Assembly (NCBI GenBank): GCA_904420005.1
Contig: CAJFTT010000016.1
Location: 1 to 48,579, forward strand
DNA from: Candidatus Tabaqchalia intestinavium
Lineage (GTDB): Bacteria; Bacillota; Clostridia; Oscillospirales; CAJFTT01
DNA: 48,579 nt
Reading direction: 5' to 3'
This document shows positions 36,122 to 46,190 of the stretch, piece after piece. Each line of letters starts with the position of its first letter. Position 1 is the first letter of the stretch. The notes beneath the pieces were generated by a model. It was not told the origin of the DNA and searched no databases. It saw only the letters and a list, made by a program, of their open reading frames with translations. The position numbers and the translations under genes are program-made.

Positions 36122-37597
36122 ATGAAACAAGTCGGTTTTGACAACGAGCAATATCTCCGCACGCAATCGGCCCATATCCGCGAACGCATCGCGCAGTTCG
36201 GCGGCAAGCTCTATCTGGAATTCGGGGGCAAGCTGTTCGACGACTTTCACGCTTCGCGCGTCCTGCCGGGCTTCCAGCCGGACAGCAAGCTGCGCATGCT
36301 GCTCCAGCTCAAGGAGCGGGTGGAGATCGTCATCGCCATCAACGCGGCGGACATTGAGAAAAACAAGCGCCGCGGCGACCTCGGCATCACCTATGATCTG
36401 GATGTGCTGCGCCTGATCGATGAATTCCGCAGCATTGGCCTTTACGTCGGCAGCGTCGTGCTGACGCAGTTCCAGGGGCAGCCGGTGGCGGAGGCCTTCC
36501 AGAAGCGGCTGGAAGCGCTGGGCGTTCGGGTTTACCGGCATTACCCCATCGAGGGTTACCCTTCCGACATCGCCAAAATCGTCAGCGACGAAGGGTACGG
36601 CCGCAACGAATACATCGAAACGAGCCGCGATCTCGTCGTCATCACGGCGCCGGGACCGGGCAGCGGCAAAATGGCCACCTGTCTGTCGCAGCTGTATCAC
36701 GATTACCGGCGGGGCGTGCGCGCGGGCTACGCGAAATTCGAGACCTTCCCCATCTGGAACCTCCCGCTGAGCCATCCGGTCAATCTGGCCTACGAGGCGG
36801 CGACCGCCGATCTCAACGACGTCAATATGATCGACCCGTTCCACCTGGAAGCCTATGGCGAAACCACCGTCAATTATAACCGTGACGTGGAGATTTTCCC
36901 GGTACTGCAGGCCATGTTCGAGAAGATCGTGGGCGAGTGCCCGTACAAATCCCCCACGGACATGGGCGTCAACATGGCGGGCAACTGCATCATCGACGAC
37001 GAAGTCGTGCGCGCCGCCTCCTGCCAGGAGATCGTGCGGCGGTACTATACCGCCCTGTGCGATCATCGGAAAGGTCTGGTCAGCGAGGATGTGGTCTTCA
37101 AGCTCGAGCTGCTGATGAAAAAAGCGGCGATCACCGTGCACGACCGTGCTGTCATCGCGCCCGCATTGCAGAAGGCCGCACTGACCGGTACGCCGGCCGC
37201 CGCCATGCAGCTCACCGACGGCTCCATCGTCACGGGCAAAACGTCCGACCTGCTCGGCGCCTCGGCGGCGCTGCTGCTCAATGCGCTCAAGCACCTCGGC
37301 GGCATCCCGGACGAGACGCATCTGATCGCGCCCGCCATCATCGAACCCATCCAGCACCTCAAAGTGGGCCATCTGGGCAACCGCAATCCCCGCCTGCACA
37401 CCGACGAAGTGCTCATCGCCCTGTCCATCTGCGCCGCGACCGATCCCACTGCGGAGCGCGCCATGGAGCAGCTGTCCAATCTGCGCGGCTGCGAGGTGCA
37501 TTCTTCCGTTATCCTCTCCCCGGTGGACGAGAAAGTGTTCCGCCGGCTGGGCGTCAACATCACCTGCGAGCCGCGTTACCAGATCACCAAATGCTGA
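36122..37597 (+). CDS. UPF0371 / DUF1846 family protein
   Basis: 491 aa from [12 protein letters not shown]. Strong overall resemblance to Firmicutes UPF0371 proteins ([23 protein letters not shown] ... [16 protein letters not shown]). Confidence 0.8.
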   Translation: MKQVGFDNEQYLRTQSAHIRERIAQFGGKLYLEFGGKLFDDFHASRVLPGFQPDSKLRMLLQLKERVEIVIAINAADIEKNKRRGDLGITYDLDVLRLIDEFRSIGLYVGSVVLTQFQGQPVAEAFQKRLEALGVRVYRHYPIEGYPSDIAKIVSDEGYGRNEYIETSRDLVVITAPGPGSGKMATCLSQLYHDYRRGVRAGYAKFETFPIWNLPLSHPVNLAYEAATADLNDVNMIDPFHLEAYGETTVNYNRDVEIFPVLQAMFEKIVGECPYKSPTDMGVNMAGNCIIDDEVVRAASCQEIVRRYYTALCDHRKGLVSEDVVFKLELLMKKAAITVHDRAVIAPALQKAALTGTPAAAMQLTDGSIVTGKTSDLLGASAALLLNALKHLGGIPDETHLIAPAIIEPIQHLKVGHLGNRNPRLHTDEVLIALSICAATDPTAERAMEQLSNLRGCEVHSSVILSPVDEKVFRRLGVNITCEPRYQITKC

Positions 37598-37626
37598 CAC
37601 CGCGCGCTCCTGCTGCACTGACGCAA

Positions 37627-37660
37627 AGCGGGATCCGACTGTTCATCGGGTCCCGCTTTT
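37627..37660 (+). terminator. intrinsic terminator of the DUF1846 gene
   Basis: AGCGGGATCCGA-ctgttca-TCGGGTCCCGCT, then TTTTAT. Confidence 0.6.
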
Positions 37661-37702
37661 ATCATAACCGGCCGTGCGCGCCCGGCGGCGGGGAGGACCC
37701 GC

Positions 37703-38146
37703 TCACCGATAGATCACATGCTTATAGAGAAAATAATTCCAGATGCCGACGAGCAGCGCAAATCCCATCTTCGCCAGCAGCATCACCCAATCCAGCGGAT
37801 GCAGCATCTCGACGAAATTGAGCGCCGCGCTGACGACCCAGGTATTGAAACACAGTAGCAGAATGCACAGCACAAACTGCCGGGGAATATTGCCCGCGGA
37901 ACGGAAGCTCCATTTCCGGTTCATGATGAAACTGAACAGAAAACCGGACACCATCCCGATGGCGTTGAAAATCTTAACCGTGGTGAGGGACAGAAACCCC
38001 ACCGGATGATTGCCAAACAAAATATACAGCAGCTGAAACAGGCCGCAGTCAATGACGAAGGAAAGAATCCCTGTGATGGCATACCGCCCCAACGTCCTCT
38101 GATGAATCATCCGGCAGATCTGCCGGAAAGAAGCCTTGTCCGCCAT
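37703..38146 (-). CDS. GtrA family protein (small 4-TM flippase-like component of polyprenyl-sugar glycosylation systems)
   Basis: 147 aa from MADKASFRQI. GtrA-like hydrophobic profile (ITGILSFVIDCGLFQLLY). Alternative start at 38173. Confidence 0.65.
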   Translation of the reverse strand: MADKASFRQICRMIHQRTLGRYAITGILSFVIDCGLFQLLYILFGNHPVGFLSLTTVKIFNAIGMVSGFLFSFIMNRKWSFRSAGNIPRQFVLCILLLCFNTWVVSAALNFVEMLHPLDWVMLLAKMGFALLVGIWNYFLYKHVIYR

Positions 38147-38379
38147 GAATCCGCCGCCTTTCCGCTGAGACATTGCACAACCCCCGCCGCAGGAAACGCG
38201 CAACCGCAGGCAGCGCAAAACCGCTACCTAACGCGCCCGACAGGTTTTTTCCGCAGGCCCGCGTCCTATACAGGGATTTCTTTTTCGAGCAATATTGTTA
38301 TTATAGCACAAACCGACACAAGCCATCAAGAAAATTTACGACTTTTTTCGCGCCGGTTTGCGTCGCTTCCCCCCGCCCG

Positions 38380-38408
38380 ACCCGGTTGTTTGCAAAATCC
38401 CGCCCAGT
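38380..38408 (+). promoter_or_regulatory. promoter of the P-II-like gene
   Basis: TTGCAA (38380-38385), 17 bp, TATAAT (38403-38408). Confidence 0.55.
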
Positions 38409-38451
38409 ATGCTATAATAAAAGAAATCAATGAAAGGGAAACCGTGAAACG

Positions 38452-38497
38452 CGGCTTTCTTCCGGCGTATTTCGTCCAGTCGGGACGTTTGCAGAAC
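38452..38497 (+). terminator. leader terminator / attenuator upstream of the P-II-like gene
   Basis: CCGGCGT ... (inner CGTCC-agtcg-GGACG) ... ACGCCGG, then TTTTT. Lies about 50 nt upstream of the ATG at 38547. Confidence 0.5.
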
Positions 38498-38546
38498 GCC
38501 GGTTTTTCCATTGCCGACAAGAACACAAAGAAAGGACAGAGGAATT

Positions 38547-38888
38547 ATGCAACTGCTGATCATCGTACTCAACAAAGTGGACGTGCTGGAAAAGCTGCTG
38601 GAGCGGCTGTGCGAGAGCGGCGTGCGCGGCGCGACGATCCTGGAAAGCCGCGGCATGGCGCAGAGCCTGTGCGAAAGCGAGGAGCAGAAATTCATCGCTT
38701 CTCTGCAGATGCTGCTCGACCCGCAGCATAAAAATAACAAAACCATTCTCACCGTAGTACCGGACGAACAGATTCCGGTTGTGTCCAAAGTGCTGGGCGA
38801 AGTCACCGGCGGGCTCGATCAGCCCAATTCCGGCGTGATGTTCTCCGTCCCGGTGCAATATACAGAGGGCTTCGGGGAAAAACAATAA
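38547..38888 (+). CDS. P-II-like signal-transduction fold protein (resembles the DarA/PstA YaaQ-type cyclic-di-AMP receptor family)
   Basis: 113 aa. MQLLIIVLNKVDVLEKLLERL ... RGATILESRG ... SGVMFSVPV follows the beta-alpha-beta P-II pattern and the GGF/FxxPV positions of DarA. Confidence 0.5.
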   Translation: MQLLIIVLNKVDVLEKLLERLCESGVRGATILESRGMAQSLCESEEQKFIASLQMLLDPQHKNNKTILTVVPDEQIPVVSKVLGEVTGGLDQPNSGVMFSVPVQYTEGFGEKQ

Positions 38889-38922
38889 CCCGCAGGGGCC
38901 ACGGCGTCCCGTGGTTCTGTCA

Positions 38923-38977
38923 AAGGAAAGAAGGGCCGAACGGCGTTTGCAGCCGCCGTTCGGCCCTTCTTTCCTTT
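38923..38977. terminator. bidirectional terminator between the P-II-like gene and the ABC ATPase
   Basis: GGAAAGAAGGGCCGAACGGCG-tttgca-GCCGCCGTTCGGCCCTTCTTTCC. Confidence 0.65.
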
Positions 38978-38989
38978 CACTGTACAGTT

Positions 38990-39757
<768 letters not shown>

Positions 39758-39760
39758 GAC

Positions 39761-40444
39761 TCAGCCCTCCTTCGCTTCATGCCGGGAATACCGCTTCTCC
39801 AACTTGCGGGAAAGCAGCGTCAGCAGGAACGTGAACAGCAGATAAATGATCGCGGCGATGGCATAGGCCGTGGCGTTGACGTCGCGGTTGACTGCGTCGT
39901 TGGCGGCCTTGAGCAGCTCGCCCACGCTGATAACGGAAACGAGCGCGGTGTCCTTGACCAGCGTGATCGTCTCGTTGGAGATCGGCGGCAGCACCGTCTT
40001 GAAGGTCTGCGGCAGGATGATCCCCATCATGGTGCGGGCGGGCGACAGGCCCAGAGACTGCGCAGCCTCGAACTGGCCGCGGCCGACGCTCGCGATGCCG
40101 CCACGGTAAATTTCCGCGAAATACGCCGCGTAATTGAGCACGAACGTGATCACGGCGGTGGGGAAGCTGTCGAGCATAAGGTTAATCCCCAACCCTTTGA
40201 AAAAGATCGGCAGGAAGAAATAAAAGGCAAACAGCTGCAGGATCAGCGGCGTGCCGCGGAACACCCAGATATACGCCTGGCAGATCCAGCGCACCGGCGC
40301 GATCCGGCAGCGGCTGCCGAGCGCGAGCGGCAGCCCCAGCGGCAGCGCCAGCACAAGCGTGAGGACAAACAACTCCACCGTAACCACCACGCCGCGCAGC
40401 AGCGACGGCAGGATCATCCACACATATTCCATGAACTCCGACAT
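39761..40444 (-). CDS. polar amino-acid ABC transporter permease (HisMQ family)
   Basis: About 227 aa. EAAQSLGLSPARTMMGIILPQ EAA-loop. Start ambiguous (40444 or 40432). Confidence 0.75.
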   Translation of the reverse strand: MSEFMEYVWMILPSLLRGVVVTVELFVLTLVLALPLGLPLALGSRCRIAPVRWICQAYIWVFRGTPLILQLFAFYFFLPIFFKGLGINLMLDSFPTAVITFVLNYAAYFAEIYRGGIASVGRGQFEAAQSLGLSPARTMMGIILPQTFKTVLPPISNETITLVKDTALVSVISVGELLKAANDAVNRDVNATAYAIAAIIYLLFTFLLTLLSRKLEKRYSRHEAKEG

Positions 40445-40504
40445 TCTTCTCCAACATCCTTTCTGCGTCCCGCCGGCCGCGGCAATGTACAAACACCTCG
40501 CAAA

Positions 40505-40535
40505 GGCGGCCCGGACCCTTTTGGTCCGCGCCGCC
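40505..40535 (-). promoter_or_regulatory. intra-operon hairpin between SBP and permease genes
   Basis: GGCGGC-c-CGGACC-ctttt-GGTCCG-c-GCCGCC. TTTG follows on the minus strand. Confidence 0.35.
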
Positions 40536-40569
40536 CAAACCGCCCATGATCGTCAGGAAACGCCGCTCA

Positions 40570-41385
40570 TCAGTCCTCCAGAATGACGGCGTTGCGCCCG
40601 AACCACTTCATGCTGATCTCCTCCGCCTTGCCGTTCTCGATCAGCTTGGCAAAGCCCTCGTTGAGCTTTTCCGCCAGATCGGTGTCCTCCTTGCGGCAGC
40701 CCACAGCGTAGAAATCGTCGCCGAAATTGAATTCGCAGGTGATCAGCTTCTGCTCCATCTGCGAGCTCTTGTATTCGCCGAGCACCTCGTCCACCACCAT
40801 GCAGTCCAGCCGCCCGGTCTGCAGGTCGAGGATGACCTGATCATACGTATCATATTGCTTGAGCTTCGACTGGAACGTCGGATACGCCTCGTGCTGCTCC
40901 ACGATCTCCAGCGCCGAACTGCCCGCCTGGATACCGACGTTATAATTGGCAAGATCCTCCGCCGACGTGACCTGCACATCGTCGCGCAGCGTCATGACGA
41001 TCAGGCGATTGTTGAGATATTTCTTCGTCATGGACAGCTGCTCCAGGCGCTCCGGCGTCACCGACAGGCCGTTCCACAGGCAGTCGACACGGCCGGACGC
41101 CAGCTGCTGCTCCTTGGCCTTCCAGTTGATGGGCTGCAGCTCAATCTCCACGCCGAGCACCTCGCCCATCGCCTTGGCCATATCCACGTCAAACCCCACC
41201 AGGTTGCCGTCCGCATCGCGGAAGCCCATCGGCGCGAACGTATCGTCCAGCCCCACAACCAGCTTCCCCGCGCTCTCGACCTTAGCCCAGCCGGTTTTGC
41301 CGTCCTCCGCATCCTGGCCGGCGCAGCCGAACAGGAACGTCGCCGTCATGGAAAGCGCCAACAGCGCTGCAAAAAATTTCTTCAT
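40570..41385 (-). CDS. polar amino-acid ABC transporter substrate-binding lipoprotein
   Basis: 271 aa from MKKFFAALLALSMTATFLFGCAG (lipobox). SBP_bac_3-like sequence. GGGGGA RBS. Confidence 0.8.
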   Translation of the reverse strand: MKKFFAALLALSMTATFLFGCAGQDAEDGKTGWAKVESAGKLVVGLDDTFAPMGFRDADGNLVGFDVDMAKAMGEVLGVEIELQPINWKAKEQQLASGRVDCLWNGLSVTPERLEQLSMTKKYLNNRLIVMTLRDDVQVTSAEDLANYNVGIQAGSSALEIVEQHEAYPTFQSKLKQYDTYDQVILDLQTGRLDCMVVDEVLGEYKSSQMEQKLITCEFNFGDDFYAVGCRKEDTDLAEKLNEGFAKLIENGKAEEISMKWFGRNAVILED

Positions 41386-41439
41386 AAACCTATCCCCCAA
41401 ATTGATTTTAATCTGCTAAAATGCTGAAGCACCTGTATA

Positions 41440-41468
41440 CTATAATATACTCCGCATGCTTTGTCAAG
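41440..41468 (-). promoter_or_regulatory. promoter of the amino-acid ABC operon
   Basis: Minus strand TTGACA, 17 bp, TATAGT. An imperfect 16-bp palindrome, GTATATTATAGTATAC, overlaps the -10. Confidence 0.5.
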
Positions 41469-42022
41469 AGACAAAACCGACAAAAAAGCGACAAACGCGG
41501 CAAACCTCCGCGCAGGAAGGCGGCGTTACAGTTGTCAACTCGTTTCCATCGATATCTCGAGCAAAAGGAAACATTCTCTGTAACATAGCGCGTTTGCCTC
41601 TTAACAATCGAACTGTTCGAATCCCGGAGCCTTGTAAAATTGAATCATTTCTGCATATGCCCCGTACCTCACCGGGATAGAGGGTCCGCCTCCTAAATTT
41701 CGCATCTTAACTGTTCGAAGAATCCTGCCTCCCCAATGCCCCAAACCGCAGGCCGGCTTTTTGCGCACTTGTGCCTACATAGCCGGTTCCTGCAAAATCT
41801 CCAGGAACGTATGCAGAAAACCTGCCTACGCCGGTTGCCGCAAAGCCGCGGAAAATTCTCTGTTCCCCAAAACCCTGCGGCCGTTTCCACGCTCCTTCCA
41901 ATGCACCACCAGCGCAATCGGCAATTGCACACGCAGCCGCCGCACGCCTGCACCCGGCACGGCAAATCCCCCGGCGCCGCCGCGGAATACAGCGGGCACC
42001 GGGGGATTTGCAGATGGCGCGA

Positions 42023-42586
42023 TTACGCCTCGTCGTGAAATTTCGGCTTTTGCAGATACAGTTGATAGATCAGCAGCGCGGCAACAAAGAAATACAACAC
42101 ATAGTAGACCCAAAACACCACCATGGCCGGCGTAAAGGCCGCCGCTTCCACGCTCGACGAGCCCCACCACACCGCGAGATTGCAGACTATGCCAACCGCG
42201 CGCACCGCGCCGTAGATCCAGACGGCGCGCGTCTGCGCTCGCGTCACACCGGCACGGTACATCTGCGCCGACGCTGCGAACAGGCGACGGTACAGCCACA
42301 GCTCCAGCGCCAGATACGCCAGCTCACTGAGAATATACAGCGCTGCGTACACCAAATTTTGTTCATCCGGCATGAAATTATACAGGCCCGCCAGAGACAC
42401 GAAAAACAGCAACGCCGCCGGCGTGAGCGCAAAGCGGAAATCTTCCTCCCGCCGGCGCAGCAACACAATGGCAAGGATCGCAAGCAGCACGCCCAGACAG
42501 TCCGGCAGCACGTCGATGCCGCCGACCCGCACGCCTATGAAGCGAAAAAACACGCAGGCCATCAACAGATCAAACGCGAAATTCAA
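42023..42586 (-). CDS. hypothetical integral membrane protein
   Basis: 187 aa, about 5 TM helices. TTG start 5 nt after GGGGAGG. Immediately downstream of the Na/Pi cotransporter gene. Confidence 0.55.
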   Translation of the reverse strand: MNFAFDLLMACVFFRFIGVRVGGIDVLPDCLGVLLAILAIVLLRRREEDFRFALTPAALLFFVSLAGLYNFMPDEQNLVYAALYILSELAYLALELWLYRRLFAASAQMYRAGVTRAQTRAVWIYGAVRAVGIVCNLAVWWGSSSVEAAAFTPAMVVFWVYYVLYFFVAALLIYQLYLQKPKFHDEA

Positions 42587-42651
42587 CGTTTCCTCCCCTT
42601 TCCTGCAGGCAGCCGGCGCCGGGGGACGTCGGCGCCGGACCGCGGACCGCC

Positions 42652-44412
42652 TCAGGACGAAGCGCCCGGCAAAACATATTTCTCATGATATCGCTCGAAA
42701 TCCGAAGTGAATTCCGGCTCTCCGGAACTTTTGAGCCGGTTGAGATAGCCGTGCGTGTCAAACGCGGCGTTGCTGATCTCAATCAGGCAGACGGCAATAT
42801 TGGAGCAGTGGTCGGAAACACGCTCATAATTGGTCAGCAGGTCGGAGAACACAAACCCCAGCTCAATCGTGCATTTTCCATCCTTGAGCCGGGTAATGTG
42901 CCGCAGCCGCAGCTCCGCCTTGAGCTCGTCGATCACCTGCTCCAGCGGCTCCACCTGCCGCGCGAGCGTCAGGTCATTTTGCTGGAAAGCCTGGATTGTC
43001 AGCTGCAAGATCTCCTCCACAGCGGCGCTCATGACCCCCAGTTCCTCCTTGGCCTCCTGCGAGAATTGGATGTTCTTTTCATGCATTTCCCGCGCAGCGT
43101 CAAGAATATTCACCGCATGGTCGCTGATCCGCTCAAAATCCCCAATACAGTGCAGCAAACGGGACGTCTCCTTGCTGTCCTCCTCGGACAGAGGGCGGCT
43201 GCTGATCTTGACAAGATAGGTTCCCAGCTTGTCCTCATAGGCATCGACCATGTTTTCGTTCTGCGTGATGGTCTCCGCCCGCTTCCTGTCATAGTGACCC
43301 ACCTCGTGGATAGCCGTCAGCAGCGTGTCGCGGGACAGCTCCGCCATACGGCCCGCGGCGCCGCGGCACTGCTCAATGGCGAACGAGGGGGAATTGAGGA
43401 ATCGATCGTCAAGGCCCAGCGAGTCCTCTTTGCCGCTTTTCTCGCGGATCGTCAGCTCCGCGAGCTTGCCGAGCTGCTTGGAGAAGGGCAACAGCAGCAG
43501 CGTCGTCACTACATTGAACGTCGTATGCACAATGGCGATGCTGGTTTCCGTCACAGCCGTGTCAAGGAATGTGAAATGGAAAATGGCGTTGCCGATATAA
43601 AACAGCGACAGGAATACGATCGTACCGATGATGTTGAAATACAGATGCACCATCGCGGCGCGTTTCGCGTTGCGCTTGGCGCCGATGCAGGAGATCAGCG
43701 CCGTGACACAGGTGCCGATATTCTGCCCGAGAATGATCGGGATGGCGGCGCCGAACGTGATTTGACCCGTCTGCGACAGCGCCTGCAAAATGCCGACAGA
43801 GGCGGAAGAAGACTGGATGATCCCCGTCAGGATCGCGCCGGCCAGAACGCCGAACAGGGGATTGGTGAACAGGGTGAGGATCTCGGCAAATTCCGGCACG
43901 TCGGCCAGCGGCTCGACGGCGTTGCTCATGGTGGACATACCGAACATCAAGATCGCAAAGCCCACCAGGATGGAGCCGACATCGCGTTTCCGTCCGGACT
44001 TGCAGAACATGATCAACACAATGCCGATCACGGCAAGGATCGGGGAAAATGTATCCGGCTTGAGCATCTGAACCCAGACGCTCTCGCCCTCCAGTCCCGA
44101 CAGGCTGAGGATCCAGGCCGTGACCGTCGTGCCGATATTGGCGCCCATGATGATGCCGATGGCTTGCGACAGCTTCATGATGCCGGAATTGACAAAGCCG
44201 ACCACCATGACGGTCGTCGCGGAGGAAGACTGAATCACCGCCGTGACGGCCGCGCCCAGCAGCACGCCTTTAATGGGGTTATTCGTCAGCTTCTCGAGCA
44301 TGCGCTCCAGCCGCCCGCCCGAAATTTTTTCCAGGCCCTCGCTGAGCACGTTCATTCCGTATAGGAACAACGCCAAGCCGCCCAGCAGCGTGAAAACAGA
44401 AAAAATATCCAT
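42652..44412 (-). CDS. Na+/phosphate cotransporter family protein (NptA/YjbB-like) with C-terminal PhoU-like domain
   Basis: 586 aa. Duplicated Na_Pi_cotrans N-terminal halves. C-terminal soluble helical region. Confidence 0.8.
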   Translation of the reverse strand: MDIFSVFTLLGGLALFLYGMNVLSEGLEKISGGRLERMLEKLTNNPIKGVLLGAAVTAVIQSSSATTVMVVGFVNSGIMKLSQAIGIIMGANIGTTVTAWILSLSGLEGESVWVQMLKPDTFSPILAVIGIVLIMFCKSGRKRDVGSILVGFAILMFGMSTMSNAVEPLADVPEFAEILTLFTNPLFGVLAGAILTGIIQSSSASVGILQALSQTGQITFGAAIPIILGQNIGTCVTALISCIGAKRNAKRAAMVHLYFNIIGTIVFLSLFYIGNAIFHFTFLDTAVTETSIAIVHTTFNVVTTLLLLPFSKQLGKLAELTIREKSGKEDSLGLDDRFLNSPSFAIEQCRGAAGRMAELSRDTLLTAIHEVGHYDRKRAETITQNENMVDAYEDKLGTYLVKISSRPLSEEDSKETSRLLHCIGDFERISDHAVNILDAAREMHEKNIQFSQEAKEELGVMSAAVEEILQLTIQAFQQNDLTLARQVEPLEQVIDELKAELRLRHITRLKDGKCTIELGFVFSDLLTNYERVSDHCSNIAVCLIEISNAAFDTHGYLNRLKSSGEPEFTSDFERYHEKYVLPGASS

Positions 44413-44515
44413 TTGTTTGTTCCCCCTGAATCATAACTGAACCCTGATTTTTCTTTTGATTGAATTTCTCTTTTTAACAAACACCCAAACGGTGTAAAAG
44501 CGGAAATGAATCCTC

Positions 44516-46174
44516 TCAGGATGCAAATTGCACGGTGATCTCGGTACCGATCCCCTCCTCACTGCGTAATGTGATCGCGGCGTTATGCCGCTCGGCGATA
44601 TGTTTGACGATGGCGAGGCCCAGCCCCGTCCCGCCGGTCTCCTTCGACCGGCTTTTGTCCACGCGGTAGAACCGCTCAAAGACGCGCGTCTGGTGCTTTT
44701 GGGGAATTCCCAGGCCCGTATCCCGTACACACAGCCGCCGATCCGAGACGGTGACGAACACCTCGCCCCCCTCGCGATTATAGCGGATGGCATTGTCGCA
44801 CAGATTATACAGCAGCTCCGACAGCATCGCGCGATTGCCCTGCACAACGTGCGGGCCGCCCTCGACATGCAGCGTGACGCCGCGTTTCTCCGCCGTCAGC
44901 GCCAGCCGCCCGATGCATTCGTCCGCCAGCGCGCGCAGCTCGACCGGCTCCATCGTGAAGATGCGGTCCGTCTCGTCCAGCTCCGACAGGCGCAGGATGT
45001 CGCCAATGAGCACCAGCAGCCGCGCCGCTTCCTTCCGGATCCGGCTGGCAAACTGCGCGACGTCCTCCGGCTGCGCCAGCCCCGTTTCGATCATCTCCGC
45101 ATAGCCGGAAATAGAGGTGAGGGGCGTTTTGAGCTCATGCGAGACATTGGCGGTGAATTCCCGCCGCATTTTTTCCATTTGCAGCTTGTCCGTCACGTCC
45201 AAGATGGAACAGATCACCCCGATGCGTGCGTCGCCTGACACGACCGGATTGGACAGCAGCTGCAGCTGCCGGCCGCCGAGCGCCAGCGACGTGACGGCGT
45301 TTTCCCCGGCATAGGCCCGGCAAACGGCCTGCGCCGCGTCCTGCGGGATCCCGCAGGCAAATATATTCTCCCCCTCCGGGATGGCGGGGCACTGCAAAAG
45401 CGCCTGCGCGCTGCGATTGGCGATGAGCACACGCTGCCGCCGGTCCAGCACCAGCAACCCTTCCGCCATGTTCTCAATCACGGCCGACAGCCGATCCCGC
45501 TCGGCCGCGATGGTGCGCATTTGCTTGCTGATCCTCTGCCGCTGCTGCACGATCTGCTGCACAAACGGCTCCAGCTCGGGATACACCGCTTCCGGCGTCG
45601 CTTCCGAGTCGGCCAGCTGTCCAGCCAAATCGCGCACCGGGCGCAGCAGCTTCTTGGTCAGCAGCGCGCTCAGCAGCAAACACAGCGCCAGCAGCAGCAC
45701 CAGCAGTCCGCCCGTCAGCAGCGCCGTATGCAGGATCGCGCGCTGGGTACCGTCCGTCTGCGTGCTGGCGCGCAGCACCTGTCCGTTGGGCAGACGCAGC
45801 GCGTAATAATAAACGTCCTGGCCCAGGGAGGCCGAATGCCGCATAGCTTCCCCGCTGCCAGCGGACAGCGCTTCGCGGACCTCGTCGCGTTCCGCGTGGT
45901 TCTCCATGGTTGCGGCATCGACCTTGCTGTCATACAGCACCGTTCCGTCGGCGTCGATGAGCGTCAGCCGCAGCCCGTCGGACGCGAAGCCCGCAAGCGC
46001 CGCAGGATCGGCCTGCCAGTCGGCGTTCTCCGCCGCCATATGCGCCGCCTGCCGCAGATTCTCTCTCGCCTGCCGATCAAGCGCGACGGAGAACAGCAGC
46101 CCTGTGACAATGGCCGTCAACAACACCGACAGCAGCGCGACGCCGAACAGATGCAGCCTGATCTTTTTCCCCAT
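44516..46174 (-). CDS. phoR: sensor histidine kinase, PhoR-like
   Basis: 552 aa from MGKKIRLHLFGVALLSVLL. PAS region. H-box EFTANVSHELKTPLTSISGYAEM. HATPase_c G-boxes (GGTGLGLAIVKHI). Confidence 0.8.
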   Translation of the reverse strand: MGKKIRLHLFGVALLSVLLTAIVTGLLFSVALDRQARENLRQAAHMAAENADWQADPAALAGFASDGLRLTLIDADGTVLYDSKVDAATMENHAERDEVREALSAGSGEAMRHSASLGQDVYYYALRLPNGQVLRASTQTDGTQRAILHTALLTGGLLVLLLALCLLLSALLTKKLLRPVRDLAGQLADSEATPEAVYPELEPFVQQIVQQRQRISKQMRTIAAERDRLSAVIENMAEGLLVLDRRQRVLIANRSAQALLQCPAIPEGENIFACGIPQDAAQAVCRAYAGENAVTSLALGGRQLQLLSNPVVSGDARIGVICSILDVTDKLQMEKMRREFTANVSHELKTPLTSISGYAEMIETGLAQPEDVAQFASRIRKEAARLLVLIGDILRLSELDETDRIFTMEPVELRALADECIGRLALTAEKRGVTLHVEGGPHVVQGNRAMLSELLYNLCDNAIRYNREGGEVFVTVSDRRLCVRDTGLGIPQKHQTRVFERFYRVDKSRSKETGGTGLGLAIVKHIAERHNAAITLRSEEGIGTEITVQFAS

Positions 46175-46190
46175 GATTCTCTCCCCGCGC

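Noticed and set aside
35960-37618. 552-aa minus-strand ORF
   Set aside because: Antisense to the UPF0371/DUF1846 gene, which has a strong promoter, RBS and family resemblance.
41605-41625. TGTTCGAATCC resembling a tRNA T-loop (GTTCGAATCC)
   Set aside because: Flanking bases cannot form a T-stem or acceptor stem. It is part of a duplicated intergenic motif instead.
42685-44364. 559-aa plus-strand ORF
   Set aside because: Antisense to the Na/Pi cotransporter gene.
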